From positions 64,931 to 98,706 of the forward strand of contig CAZNJI010000002.1 of the NCBI GenBank assembly GCA_964573395.1: a DNA stretch of 33,776 nucleotides, in the 5' to 3' direction. A model generated the notes under the pieces. That model was given only the letters and a program-made list of their open reading frames with translations. It ran no database searches and was not told where the DNA came from. Numbering within the stretch: position 1 is the stretch's first letter; each line of letters starts with the position of its first letter. Of this stretch, positions 16,484-24,750 are shown piece by piece. Source of the stretch: an uncultured Candidatus Saccharibacteria bacterium (lineage in GTDB: Bacteria; Patescibacteriota; Minisyncoccia; Phycocordibacterales; UBA9973). Made by a program: the position numbers and the translations under genes.

Positions 16484-16554
16484 TGCGGATAGGGAGAATC
16501 GGACTCCCGCCCGATGCTTGGGAAGCATCTGTTCTGCCACTAAACCATATCCGC
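16484..16554 (-). tRNA. tRNA-Gly (anticodon CCC), CCA not encoded, unusual T-loop
   Basis: Acceptor GCGGATA/TATCCGC, anticodon arm GATGC-TTCCCAA-GCATC, T-arm GGGAG-TCCGATT-CTCCC, so the T-loop reads U54-C55-C56. 71 nt; starts 6 nt after the stop of the convergent large gene. Confidence 0.85.
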
Positions 16555-16700
16555 AAATAGTGCTAGCATCGTAGCAGACTTTCTGCTTTATTTAAATAAG
16601 GGTTTCTGCTACCATAGGGGTTGCTCCGAAAATAAGCTCGATACTCTCTCGGATTTGCGCTTTGAAATAAGGAGAATGTATACCCCTACTATGAAAAAAT

Positions 16701-16771
16701 GCGGGATTAGTTTATCGGTAAAACATCAGTTTTCCAAACTGAGGTGAAGGGTTCGATTCCCTTATCCCGCA
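16701..16771 (+). tRNA. tRNA-Gly (anticodon UCC), CCA not encoded
   Basis: Acceptor GCGGGAT/ATCCCGC, anticodon arm TCAGT-TTTCCAA-ACTGA, T-arm AAGGG-TTCGATT-CCCTT. 71 nt. Confidence 0.9.
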
Positions 16772-16951
16772 CAAAAACAAATGAGCTCAACACACCGTGT
16801 TGGGCGATTTTGTTTTGTAGCAGGGGAAGGGAAGAGAAAGACGGAGACGGTATACAAGACGAGCAACGCGAGTGCTTGTCGCCGAGTCGGGGCTGCGAGT
16901 CCTGGGTATAGTGAAGGAATTTGTGGCCGATTCCATTATCCCGCACAAAAA
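16754..16951 (+). repeat. 24-nt direct repeat of the tRNA-Gly(UCC) 3' end (att-like scar)
   Basis: cgattcccttatcccgcacaaaaa (16754-16777; T-loop 3' half, acceptor 3' strand and trailer) recurs as cgattccattatcccgcacaaaaa (16928-16951). Match is 23 of 24 nt; the copies start 174 nt apart. Confidence 0.8.
16788..16817 (+). terminator. Terminator after tRNA-Gly(UCC)
   Basis: caacac-acc-gtgttg followed by ggcgattttgttttg. The upstream A-run caaaaacaaa can extend the stem. Confidence 0.6.
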
Positions 16952-16977
16952 ACCGCAGCCTTGAAAAAGACTGCGGG
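16945..16977 (-). terminator. Rho-independent terminator of the 16987-17343 gene
   Basis: On the minus strand: ccgcag-tctttttcaagg-ctgcgg followed by tttttt. The T-run is the A-run of the second tRNA-end repeat. Confidence 0.7.
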
Positions 16978-16986
16978 AGAAGCACA

Positions 16987-17343
16987 TCACTTCGAAAAAA
17001 TTTCTTTTACACAATTGATTTTTCTAACTAGTTCCATCCCTTTTGATAGCGCTCTTTGGGGATGCGGGGGAATATTGATCCCATGAATGACAACTTGCCG
17101 ATTCTTGATTTTGGTTTTACGCAATTCGAGCGCCCAATGGCCAGTACTGCCGTTTCTTGTTTCGATGCAGACAACATCGGTTACATCTCTCTTTTCAAGA
17201 ACATTCTTGATGGTTCCAAAATTCAAACTTTCGTTGTTATCAAGATGATGTACGGCAGTATGGTCAAATCCTATTTCATGAAGCTTTTTAGCTTCACTGA
17301 TACGAACATCGGGTGCACCGATTAAAAGAAATTTTCTTTGCAT
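16987..17343 (-). CDS. Hypothetical protein
   Basis: 118-aa ORF with a terminator. No recognised motif. Confidence 0.55.
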   Translation of the reverse strand: MQRKFLLIGAPDVRISEAKKLHEIGFDHTAVHHLDNNESLNFGTIKNVLEKRDVTDVVCIETRNGSTGHWALELRKTKIKNRQVVIHGINIPPHPQRALSKGMELVRKINCVKEIFSK

Positions 17344-17396
17344 ATTGAATGAATTTTCCTGTTAATCTACAATAAAACCCCTTATTTATCAAGTGA

Positions 17397-17426
17397 AAAG
17401 AAAACACCCTCGTAAAGAGGGTATTT
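17397..17426 (-). terminator. Rho-independent terminator of hup
   Basis: On the minus strand: accctc-tttac-gagggt followed by gttttctttt. Confidence 0.75.
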
Positions 17427-17439
17427 TCCGATCAGAAAA

Positions 17440-17712
17440 CTATTTAACTGCGTCTTTGAGTGCTTTCGCAGGGCGGAAACGCGGAACACGGGTTGCGGCA
17501 ACTTTTACCTGCGCACCGGTCTTTGGATTACGCGCCATTCGAGCAGCGCGATCTTTCACAGAGAAGATCCCGAGGCCTGCAATTGATACTTCACCGCCCT
17601 TTTTTAAGGTTTGGGTGATTTCATCAATAATGCTTTCGATCACTTCTTCGGCCTGTACTTTCGTACCGCCGACTTTGCTGTGAACGAGCTCAACAAGTGA
17701 TTGCTTATTCAT
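17440..17712 (-). CDS. hup: HU-family nucleoid-associated DNA-binding protein
   Basis: 90 aa. MNKQSLVELV ... GEVSIAGLGIFSVKDRAARMARNPKTGAQVKVAATRVPRFRPAKALKDAV is a canonical HU/IHF signature (R-x-G-R-NP-x-TG). Confidence 0.95.
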   Translation of the reverse strand: MNKQSLVELVHSKVGGTKVQAEEVIESIIDEITQTLKKGGEVSIAGLGIFSVKDRAARMARNPKTGAQVKVAATRVPRFRPAKALKDAVK

Positions 17713-17794
17713 GGCTTAGGAGGGGATATCCCCTCAATCTAGCTGGTAAAGTATTACGTCAATGCCAAAGCGTTTCCGCTTTAAGGCTGAAACC

Positions 17795-17822
17795 ATTATA
17801 CCGTAAGGGTTTTTTGGTGCAA
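17795..17822 (-). promoter_or_regulatory. Candidate hup promoter
   Basis: On the minus strand: TTGCAC (17817-17822), 16-nt spacer, TATAAT (17795-17800). Confidence 0.5.
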
Positions 17823-17824
17823 AT

Positions 17825-17853
17825 TTGACAAAATATGATTTATAGTTTACTAT
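17825..17853 (+). promoter_or_regulatory. Candidate divergent promoter with no closed ORF downstream
   Basis: TTGACA (17825-17830), 17-nt spacer, TACTAT (17848-17853). Confidence 0.45.
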
Positions 17854-17990
17854 TTTCGATAAATTTGAAACCATGGAAACATGTTCGTACCTTTTCGCTG
17901 GTGCATCTGGCATCGGCATGATCGTTACTCTAGTCTTTGCGGTAAAAATTTATTTGCGCTGCAAAAAACTGAAGAAAAAAATAATGAAAG

Positions 17991-18023
17991 AAAAAACCGC
18001 CTGGGAAACCAGGCGGATTTTTA
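17991..18023. terminator. Bidirectional rho-independent terminator
   Basis: aaaaaa-ccgcctgg-gaaa-ccaggcgg-attttt. Sits 6 nt after the stop of the minus-strand gene 18029-19222. Confidence 0.85.
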
Positions 18024-18028
18024 TTCCT

Positions 18029-19222
18029 TTAGTTACCTTGAGCGAGCCCTTCGTAGAAATGCGCAGTTGTTTTCGGGTTAAACTTTACGAACTGATCCTG
18101 CCTCTCAGTGTCTCGCAGCCAGCCTTGCCCTAAAATCCTTTTATTTCCTTTTGCATATCTATCCAAAAATACGCTGGCATTCATGTCGTATGTTGCCTGG
18201 CCGGTTCCATCCCCTTTAACTTCTCGAGAAGAGAACCCGCCGATTTTGTCGGTTGCTTTCAGAAAGTCTGCTTCATTTTCAAAGAAATAATACACGCCGA
18301 CCTTGCCGTTCATGTCGCCTCGAACGTTAATAACGTATCCGCCTTTCGGCTGAGGTTCTGCTTCAGGAGTTTTCTGTTTTTTGGATGTTGTTTCCGTTAA
18401 TTTTTTCTCCATTACCTTTTTCGCTATCTCCCACGTTCGTACTCCAAGGTTGCCGTCAATAAGCCCTTGCACATCGATTTCTGCAGGAGAGAGGTTTCCT
18501 TCCTTTTCAAGCTGTTCGCCGAGTGCAGTTCTGCCGTACTTTTCGTTTATTTCTTTGATGATTTCAGGATAATGTTTTACGGTGTAATTGATGAGATCTT
18601 CTTGAAATGCAAGATTATCGGAGGTTCTGAATCCGAATGTTTCCGCCATTTTAAACAGGTCTTTTTCTGAAAGCTGGTCGTCGTTTTCAAGAAACGAGTT
18701 GCTTTTTCCAGTTGGAGTAACGCCGCCTTCTTTCGTTTTTGATTCCGTATAGACACTGAGATCTCCCTTTGACGTATCTTTGGCACGTTCGATTTTATGC
18801 TGTTTTTTCCCCGTTGAATCAGTAAGATTTTCAGCCTTCGCTTCTTGCTTTGCCGCAAGGAGGCCCAAGCTCATGAGTCCTGCCGTAAACGTTCTTCGAA
18901 GCCAGCTTTTCTGGTGCTTCTTCGCTTTTTCAACCGAAATATCGTTTGGATCGAGCTTTTCATCTCCGTCAGGTTTCTTTCGGAGCGCTTCGCTGATTAC
19001 GCTATCAAGAGTGCCTCCTTCTTTCTCTTTCTTTTGCCGGATGTCTTGCAGCAAGGTTTCCCGATGGACTTCTGGTGTTTCGACGACGTATTCCTCCTGA
19101 TCTTTCTCTAATTGCCGTTTTCTCCGATCTTCTAAGATTTCCGAATCAATTTTTGCTTCGTTGTATGTCTCAACGTCCTGATCCTGCTCGATCGCACCTG
19201 GCATTTCATAGTTGTGTTTCAT
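18029..19222 (-). CDS. Hypothetical membrane-anchored protein
   Basis: 397 aa. Highly charged Lys/Glu/Asp-rich N-terminal region of about 115 aa, one hydrophobic segment (FTAGLMSLGLLAA), and a C-terminal region of about 260 aa with no recognised motif. Confidence 0.7.
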   Translation of the reverse strand: MKHNYEMPGAIEQDQDVETYNEAKIDSEILEDRRKRQLEKDQEEYVVETPEVHRETLLQDIRQKKEKEGGTLDSVISEALRKKPDGDEKLDPNDISVEKAKKHQKSWLRRTFTAGLMSLGLLAAKQEAKAENLTDSTGKKQHKIERAKDTSKGDLSVYTESKTKEGGVTPTGKSNSFLENDDQLSEKDLFKMAETFGFRTSDNLAFQEDLINYTVKHYPEIIKEINEKYGRTALGEQLEKEGNLSPAEIDVQGLIDGNLGVRTWEIAKKVMEKKLTETTSKKQKTPEAEPQPKGGYVINVRGDMNGKVGVYYFFENEADFLKATDKIGGFSSREVKGDGTGQATYDMNASVFLDRYAKGNKRILGQGWLRDTERQDQFVKFNPKTTAHFYEGLAQGN

Positions 19223-19241
19223 ATTCCGAATAATACCATAT

Positions 19242-19265
19242 CAAAACAGCCTCTTTCGAGGCTGC
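19242..19265 (-). terminator. Rho-independent terminator after the ATPase gene
   Basis: On the minus strand: cagcctc-gaaa-gaggctg followed by tttt. Confidence 0.7.
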
Positions 19266-19270
19266 AGTGG

Positions 19271-21973
19271 CTATCGGTAGCGATTCATGATTTCGGCTTC
19301 AACTTCTGCTCGCGGCCGGCCGTAGGTAAGGTATGAAAGCTCCTTCATTTTTTCGGCGATTTCTATATTGCCTTTCGGCGGAGGAGGGATCTTCAGGTTG
19401 AATGGTTTTTCCGGTACTCCGCCAACCAGAATTTTTGCGTAGGCGTTGAAATTTTGCAGCTTCAAAACGTCGGCCGGAGTAAAGACGGGGGAGAGTTGTC
19501 GCTCGAATACGACGGCATTTTCAGGAGAAACACGGTAGATAATCATACTGCCAACGTTTCCGAATACTGCATTTTTGATGTTTTCCTGAAGCTGTTCAAT
19601 GAATTGGTGGGCAACCGTAAGGCCGAGGCGATACTTGCGTGCTTCTGAGAGAATCGTGGCAATTGAATCGGTAGTAATGTTTTGGAACTCGTCAATGTAG
19701 AGGTAAAAATCGTTCACCGCTTCTTTGCCGAGCACGTCAGATCGAGAGAGTGCCGCCATGGTGAGCTTGCCAACGAGCACGAGCCCGATAAGGTGCGAGT
19801 TAATATCTCCGAGCCGCCCCTTCGACAAGTTCACGAGAAGGATTTTTTTGTTATCCATGATCTCTCGGAAATTAAGCACCGAGTGCTGCTGCGCAATAAC
19901 CGGCCGCATGATGTCATTTGAGATGAAGACGTCGAATTTGTTCGTAATGTACGGGACAAAGTTCGCCAGCGATTGTTCGCCGGTCGTTTTTTCGGCATTT
20001 TCCCAGAATTGCTTGATGATCGGATTTTTGCAGCGCGAAAGTTTGAGCGCTCGGAATTCCTTGTCGGCAAGCACACGGCCGATTTCAAGGAGCGTTGAGC
20101 CTGACGCCGGATCTTCCATCACCAGGAGCGCTGAGTTTCTAAAGTATTGTTCGAAAGCCGGGCCGCCGGCTACCTTCATGTCGAAGAGCTTGTTGAAAAT
20201 GGCGAGCAGTTCGTTCACCACGAACGTCTTTTGCTCCGGGAATCGTTCATCATATTCGAGCATGTTAAGCCCCATCGGCCGGTCGGTGTGAGACGGATCG
20301 AAGTAGATAACATCTTCCAGCCGATCTTGGGGGATGTTGGCAAGAATGTCGTTCAGATCGGTTCCGTGCGGATCGATAAAGCAGAATCCGTTTCCGTTTT
20401 TCGCATCTTGAATCGCCATGTTTTTAAGAATGGTGGTTTTACCGGTTCCGGTTTGGCCGATCACGTAGCAGTGGCGCATGCGATCTTCAGGAGCAAGGAA
20501 TACGTCGGTGGTGTGTCCGCGGTAAATATTGGTGCCAAGATACACTCCGGTATTTTGAATTGAAACGGGAGCCGGCGCCGTTGCCCCTGCAACTTCTTTC
20601 AATTCTGGTGCGGCAATGAGCCCGACAGGGAAGTGGAAGAGGGTTGCGAGTTCGTCAACTGAAAAAATCATCTCTTCAGATGGCGTACGAGTGCGGAATG
20701 AAAAGGTACGACAAAAATCAAATACATGAGAAGTGCGGACGTCATTCCAAGTAATCGCATTTGACCCGGGAAGCATGAATTGGTTGAAAGAACTTTTTAT
20801 GGTTCTAAGAATATTCTCGGCACGGTCGGCAGTGCTGCTGCTTGCAATGATTCGGATTGCTGCCGCAATGCTCTGGCTTTTACTTTTTTCAGTCGCCAAT
20901 TTGATTCCTTGTTCATCAAGCGGCTTGTCTTTGTTTTCTGCTTCTTTCTGATTTGAAAAAAGAGAAAGCAGGGTTTTGCCGGTTCCTACTAACACCGATT
21001 CAGTTGCTTCTTGGTACAGCTCTTTTACCGTTTTACCTGGTTCCGCATGTGCTCGCGAGAGGACATCAGAAAAAACTTTTTGGTGGTTTGCTGTATCTGC
21101 ACAAATGAGGAATTGAATTGCAGCGCCTTCATGGTCATCTGCAAGCTGGGAAAGCGATCCGATGAGGGCAACGAGCGGGTCATGCTCAAATGATGCATCA
21201 GTGTTCAATGGAAAAATTGCCGGCTCTTGCAAGCTACCTACCGACGCTTTAATGGCTCCGTTTGAAGTGAAAATGTTGTAGTCATTAACAGCAGCTTCGA
21301 TGGCAGCTCCCGGATAAAACGCATGTACCGTTTTTTCAAAAAGCTCAACCGAATCTCGGGGTACTGCTGCGTAGAGCGCAATGTCTCTTCCATGATTTTG
21401 TACGGCGAGCTCAAGCGTGTAGTACGCATCGCCGGAAAGCGAAAGCATGGTTACGTAAAACTGCTTCATTGCCTGAATGAATGTTTTGAAGTTTTGCTGT
21501 TCGGCCTCCGAAGAACTTGCGGGAAGCGTTACGGTAAAAAGGGAATGACTTAATTCTGAATGGAGGGCTGATTTTTCTTTTAACCCCGGAATTGCTCCGA
21601 TGGTATGAAGGTATTGCACGAGAAAGCGATGAAAGTCATCAATCAAGTGCGAATCTTTTGTTTGCGCTGCGGCATCGAGCGCATTTTTAATACCCTTTTC
21701 AAGCGCGAGCGCGAAGAGCGCCTCGATGTTTTCATCATGCTCTTCTGGTTTTAAATGAAGCGTGAAACGCTCTACTTCATGATCCGGCAGAATCTGCGTT
21801 TCGTGGAGGAATTCTTTTGCTTCAGCTTGCGCGTATTGTTCTAAGACTACCTTCCCGACAGCTTCGGTTGAGCGCGGCGTTTCATGGCCAGATTGGGATT
21901 GTTCCTGTATTTGTGTTCCGAGCCAAGGTGCTTCTTCGGTAGGAGAGGTGAACTTTTCTGATCTGTGCAGCAT
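19271..21973 (-). CDS. VirD4/TraD/TraG-like (type IV coupling-protein-like) P-loop ATPase with a large N-terminal domain of unknown function
   Basis: Walker A CYVIGQTGTGKTT followed by FIDPHG. Walker B/sensor region FYLYIDEFQNITTDSIATILSEARKYRLGLTVAHQFIEQL is typical of the TraD/TrwB DNA-binding ATPase family. About 480 aa precede the ATPase and contain no hydrophobic helices. The ATG at 21973 is preferred over the GTG at 22018. Confidence 0.85.
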   Translation of the reverse strand: MLHRSEKFTSPTEEAPWLGTQIQEQSQSGHETPRSTEAVGKVVLEQYAQAEAKEFLHETQILPDHEVERFTLHLKPEEHDENIEALFALALEKGIKNALDAAAQTKDSHLIDDFHRFLVQYLHTIGAIPGLKEKSALHSELSHSLFTVTLPASSSEAEQQNFKTFIQAMKQFYVTMLSLSGDAYYTLELAVQNHGRDIALYAAVPRDSVELFEKTVHAFYPGAAIEAAVNDYNIFTSNGAIKASVGSLQEPAIFPLNTDASFEHDPLVALIGSLSQLADDHEGAAIQFLICADTANHQKVFSDVLSRAHAEPGKTVKELYQEATESVLVGTGKTLLSLFSNQKEAENKDKPLDEQGIKLATEKSKSQSIAAAIRIIASSSTADRAENILRTIKSSFNQFMLPGSNAITWNDVRTSHVFDFCRTFSFRTRTPSEEMIFSVDELATLFHFPVGLIAAPELKEVAGATAPAPVSIQNTGVYLGTNIYRGHTTDVFLAPEDRMRHCYVIGQTGTGKTTILKNMAIQDAKNGNGFCFIDPHGTDLNDILANIPQDRLEDVIYFDPSHTDRPMGLNMLEYDERFPEQKTFVVNELLAIFNKLFDMKVAGGPAFEQYFRNSALLVMEDPASGSTLLEIGRVLADKEFRALKLSRCKNPIIKQFWENAEKTTGEQSLANFVPYITNKFDVFISNDIMRPVIAQQHSVLNFREIMDNKKILLVNLSKGRLGDINSHLIGLVLVGKLTMAALSRSDVLGKEAVNDFYLYIDEFQNITTDSIATILSEARKYRLGLTVAHQFIEQLQENIKNAVFGNVGSMIIYRVSPENAVVFERQLSPVFTPADVLKLQNFNAYAKILVGGVPEKPFNLKIPPPPKGNIEIAEKMKELSYLTYGRPRAEVEAEIMNRYR

Positions 21974-22043
21974 ACGGCAATTATACGCGACAACCGTAGT
22001 AAATAAAATAATACTCACCGGTTTTTTGGTATACTTTTATCGT

Positions 22044-22418
22044 ATGAACATGGAAGGAATGAGCAAGGAGACCCATGAATATTTCTATGGAAAAGACGAA
22101 GGAGGAACGGCAAAACCTGTTGTAGCTCCAGAGCTTCTTTCCGTGCCTGAAGATCCGACAGAAATTAAGAATAAAATTACCCTCATCAAGGAAGAATTAG
22201 AAAAAGCTTCAGCAGATTTGGAAAAGAAAACCGCAAACGATAATCGTCCTGTTGAGATGAAGATTGAGGAAGATGCTTTGCCGATCGACATAAAGCATGC
22301 CGGCAAGATCTATGAAACGCTTGAGCGACAAAAAGACATATTGGAAAAAGCGCTCAAAGAAAGAAGTCCGCGAAAGAAAAGCTTAAAGGAAGTATTAAAT
22401 TCATTCTTAAGTTTTTAG
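22044..22418 (+). CDS. Small highly charged coiled-coil-like protein, function unknown
   Basis: 124 aa starting at the ATG at 22044 (MNMEGMSKE...). Lys/Glu-rich (IKNKITLIKEELEKASADLEKK). Divergent from the ATPase gene. Confidence 0.55.
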   Translation: MNMEGMSKETHEYFYGKDEGGTAKPVVAPELLSVPEDPTEIKNKITLIKEELEKASADLEKKTANDNRPVEMKIEEDALPIDIKHAGKIYETLERQKDILEKALKERSPRKKSLKEVLNSFLSF

Positions 22419-22421
22419 TTT

Positions 22422-23909
22422 TTATCGCGCAAAATCAATGATGCGCGTTTCGCGAATGATGGTAACTTTTATTTCGCCAGGGTAATGAAGTTCGTGCTCA
22501 ATTTCAATCGCAATTTTTCGCGCCATATTTCTTGCTTCCGTGTCAGAGACATTTTCAGGCGTGACGAAAATGCGCACCTCTCTTCCTGCTTGAAGAGCAA
22601 AGGCGCGTTCGACGCCAGAGAATCGCGAAGCAAGGCTTTCAAGCTCTTGCAATCGCTTAATGTAATTTTCTGCAGTATCGCGACGTGCTCCGGGGCGAGA
22701 TCCTGAAATCATGTCGGCAACTTGCACGATAACCGCTTCCAAACTTTCATGCGGCACGTCATCGTGGTGGCTTTTCATGGCAGTAATAATTCTTTCATCG
22801 GTGTTAAATCGTCGCAGGATGCGCATGCCGATATCAACGTGCGACCCTTGCACTTCATGATCGAGCGCTTTGCCGATGTCGTGAATGAGCGCTCCTGCTT
22901 TTGCAATACCCACGTCTGCTCCCAGTTCCTCGGCAAGCATACCGGCAAGATGGGCGCATTCGATGGAGTGCTGCAATACGTTTTGGCCGTAACTCGTTCG
23001 GTAGTGCAGCCGGCCGATGACCGCAACGAGCCGCGGATCGAAATTATAAATGCCGCATTCGTATACTGCATCGGCTCCTTTTTGCTTCATGATGTCATTA
23101 GCTTCTGCTTGCGACTTCTGAATGAGTTCTTCAATTTTTGCCGGCTGGATTCTGCCATCTTTAATAAGAGCAGTGAGCGCACTTGCGGCAACGGCGCGGC
23201 GGACCGGATCGAACGAAGAAATAATGATGTATCCGGGTGCATCATCAACAATCAGTTCAACGCCGGCGGTGCGTTCAAACGTTCGAATGTTCCGTCCTTC
23301 TTTTCCGATAATTTTTCCTTTTATTTCTTCAGAGGGGATGGCAACGGAGGTGGTAGTAAGTTCTGTTGCCGTTGAAACGGCAAGGCGTTGAATTGCGGTT
23401 GCAAGAATTTCCCTCGCTCGTGCTTGCAGGTCTTCCGAGAGGAGCGCATTGAGCTTGTAACGGCGAACCTCTAGGTCTTCCGCATATTCAGATTCAATAC
23501 GGCCGAGGAGCGCTTCGCGCGCTTCATGAGCGCTTAATCTTCCTACCGTCTCAAGCCGTTCGGTCACTAGCGCTTCTTCAGATTGCACGCGAGCTTCGCG
23601 CTCAACCAGTGCCGATTCCCGCGTTTTGAGGGCGGTTTCAAGCTTTGCTAGTTCCGCATGCTGTTCGTCGAGAGACACTTCTTTTTTTATCAGGCGGTCC
23701 TCCGTTTGCGCGATTTTTTCATCTCGCTCCTCGGCTTTTTTGGTGGCAGCTTCAATAATGCCTTGAGCTTCCTCCTTCGCTTCCATGATGCGCCGCTTTG
23801 TCTCAAGCTCAATTGAGCCCTTTTGTCCGAGGGAAATAAGAACGCGAAGCCAGTAGCCCAACAGGACTCCGCCGAATATGGCGCCTCCAATTGAAAGGAG
23901 CAGTTCCAT
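22422..23909 (-). CDS. rny: Ribonuclease Y
   Basis: N-terminal transmembrane helix (LLLSIGGAIFGGVLLGYWL), coiled coil, KH domain (IKGKIIGKEGRNIRTFE), HD domain (QHSIECAHLAGMLA ... LIHDIGKA). 495 aa. Confidence 0.95.
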   Translation of the reverse strand: MELLLSIGGAIFGGVLLGYWLRVLISLGQKGSIELETKRRIMEAKEEAQGIIEAATKKAEERDEKIAQTEDRLIKKEVSLDEQHAELAKLETALKTRESALVEREARVQSEEALVTERLETVGRLSAHEAREALLGRIESEYAEDLEVRRYKLNALLSEDLQARAREILATAIQRLAVSTATELTTTSVAIPSEEIKGKIIGKEGRNIRTFERTAGVELIVDDAPGYIIISSFDPVRRAVAASALTALIKDGRIQPAKIEELIQKSQAEANDIMKQKGADAVYECGIYNFDPRLVAVIGRLHYRTSYGQNVLQHSIECAHLAGMLAEELGADVGIAKAGALIHDIGKALDHEVQGSHVDIGMRILRRFNTDERIITAMKSHHDDVPHESLEAVIVQVADMISGSRPGARRDTAENYIKRLQELESLASRFSGVERAFALQAGREVRIFVTPENVSDTEARNMARKIAIEIEHELHYPGEIKVTIIRETRIIDFAR

Positions 23910-23910
23910 G

Positions 23911-24504
23911 TTACTTATCGGCAGCTGCTGCCTTTGAAATTACGTCGTCTACAATGCCGTACTTTTTTGCTTCATCTGCAGAGAGCCAAAAATCTCGGTC
24001 AGTTTCCTTTTCAACTTGCTCCAGTTTCTTTCCGGTGTGTTTTGCAATCAGGTTATTGAGAAGTTTCTTCGTTTTGAGGATTTCTCTTGCCTGAATTTCA
24101 ATATCACTTGCCTGGCCGTGCGTGCCGCCCCACGGTTGATGAATCATTACGCGTGAATTAGGAAGCGCAAACCGTTTTCCTTTTTCTCCTGAAAGAAGAA
24201 TGACTGCACCCATTGAGGCTGCCATGCCAACGCAATAAGTATGCACGGGCGGTTTAATAAACTGCATGGTGTCATAAATGGCTAGGCCCGCTGAAACAGA
24301 CCCTCCTGGACTGTTTATGTAGAAGTGTATTGGTTTTTTTGGGTCTTCGTTTGCAAGGAAAAGGAGCTGGGCAATAACGAGGTTCGCGGTATGGTCATTA
24401 ACCTCGTCATTTAAAAAGACAATTCGCTCGCGGAGCAACCGAGAGTAAATGTCGTACGCACGCTCCCCAAACTGTGATTTTTCAATAACTGTAGGAATTA
24501 GCAT
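23911..24504 (-). CDS. clpP: ATP-dependent Clp protease proteolytic subunit
   Basis: [27 protein letters not shown], catalytic Ser in [30 protein letters not shown]. Its stop lies 1 nt before the rny start. Confidence 0.96.
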   Translation of the reverse strand: MLIPTVIEKSQFGERAYDIYSRLLRERIVFLNDEVNDHTANLVIAQLLFLANEDPKKPIHFYINSPGGSVSAGLAIYDTMQFIKPPVHTYCVGMAASMGAVILLSGEKGKRFALPNSRVMIHQPWGGTHGQASDIEIQAREILKTKKLLNNLIAKHTGKKLEQVEKETDRDFWLSADEAKKYGIVDDVISKAAAADK

Positions 24505-24750
24505 AGGTTTATATCATTTATTTATCTGATAATGACCAACAAACGTGTTTTTACCACGTCTTGTCCCGTAGTAAATCGGCTGCGCATTCGATGCCGATTT
24601 TACAGCGGGATAACGGTTGGGATTAACATAAAATAGTTTTCAAGTTAAAAGTTATAAAGTTAAAAGGAATACAGGCCATCTGAAATAAAGTTCAGCAGAA
24701 AATGCGGTATGCACCCACTATAGCGCTTCTTTTATAAAACGCAAAAATAC

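Noticed and set aside
15989-16540. 183-aa minus-strand ORF
   Set aside because: It is antisense to the 3' end of the 1202-aa gene and overlaps tRNA-Gly(CCC), so it is spurious.
16707-17086. ORFs 16707-16985 (-), 16787-17014 (-) and 16781-17086 (+) in the tRNA-Gly(UCC)/direct-repeat region
   Set aside because: They overlap the tRNA, two terminators and the convergent 118-aa gene. There is no coding-like composition (a purine-rich run and Cys/Arg-rich translations).
17873-18133. 86-aa and 66-aa plus-strand ORFs as protein genes
   Set aside because: Neither has a stop before the strong terminator at 17991-18023, and both extend about 100 nt into the convergent gene. They are kept only as a low-confidence peptide or sRNA candidate in the findings.
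24505-24750. CtsR or CIRCE/HrcA heat-shock operator upstream of clpP
   Set aside because: There is no GGTCAAA direct repeat and no TTAGCACTC-N9-GAGTGCTAA inverted repeat. Only an imperfect hairpin and short A/T-rich repeats (aagttaaaag x2) are present.
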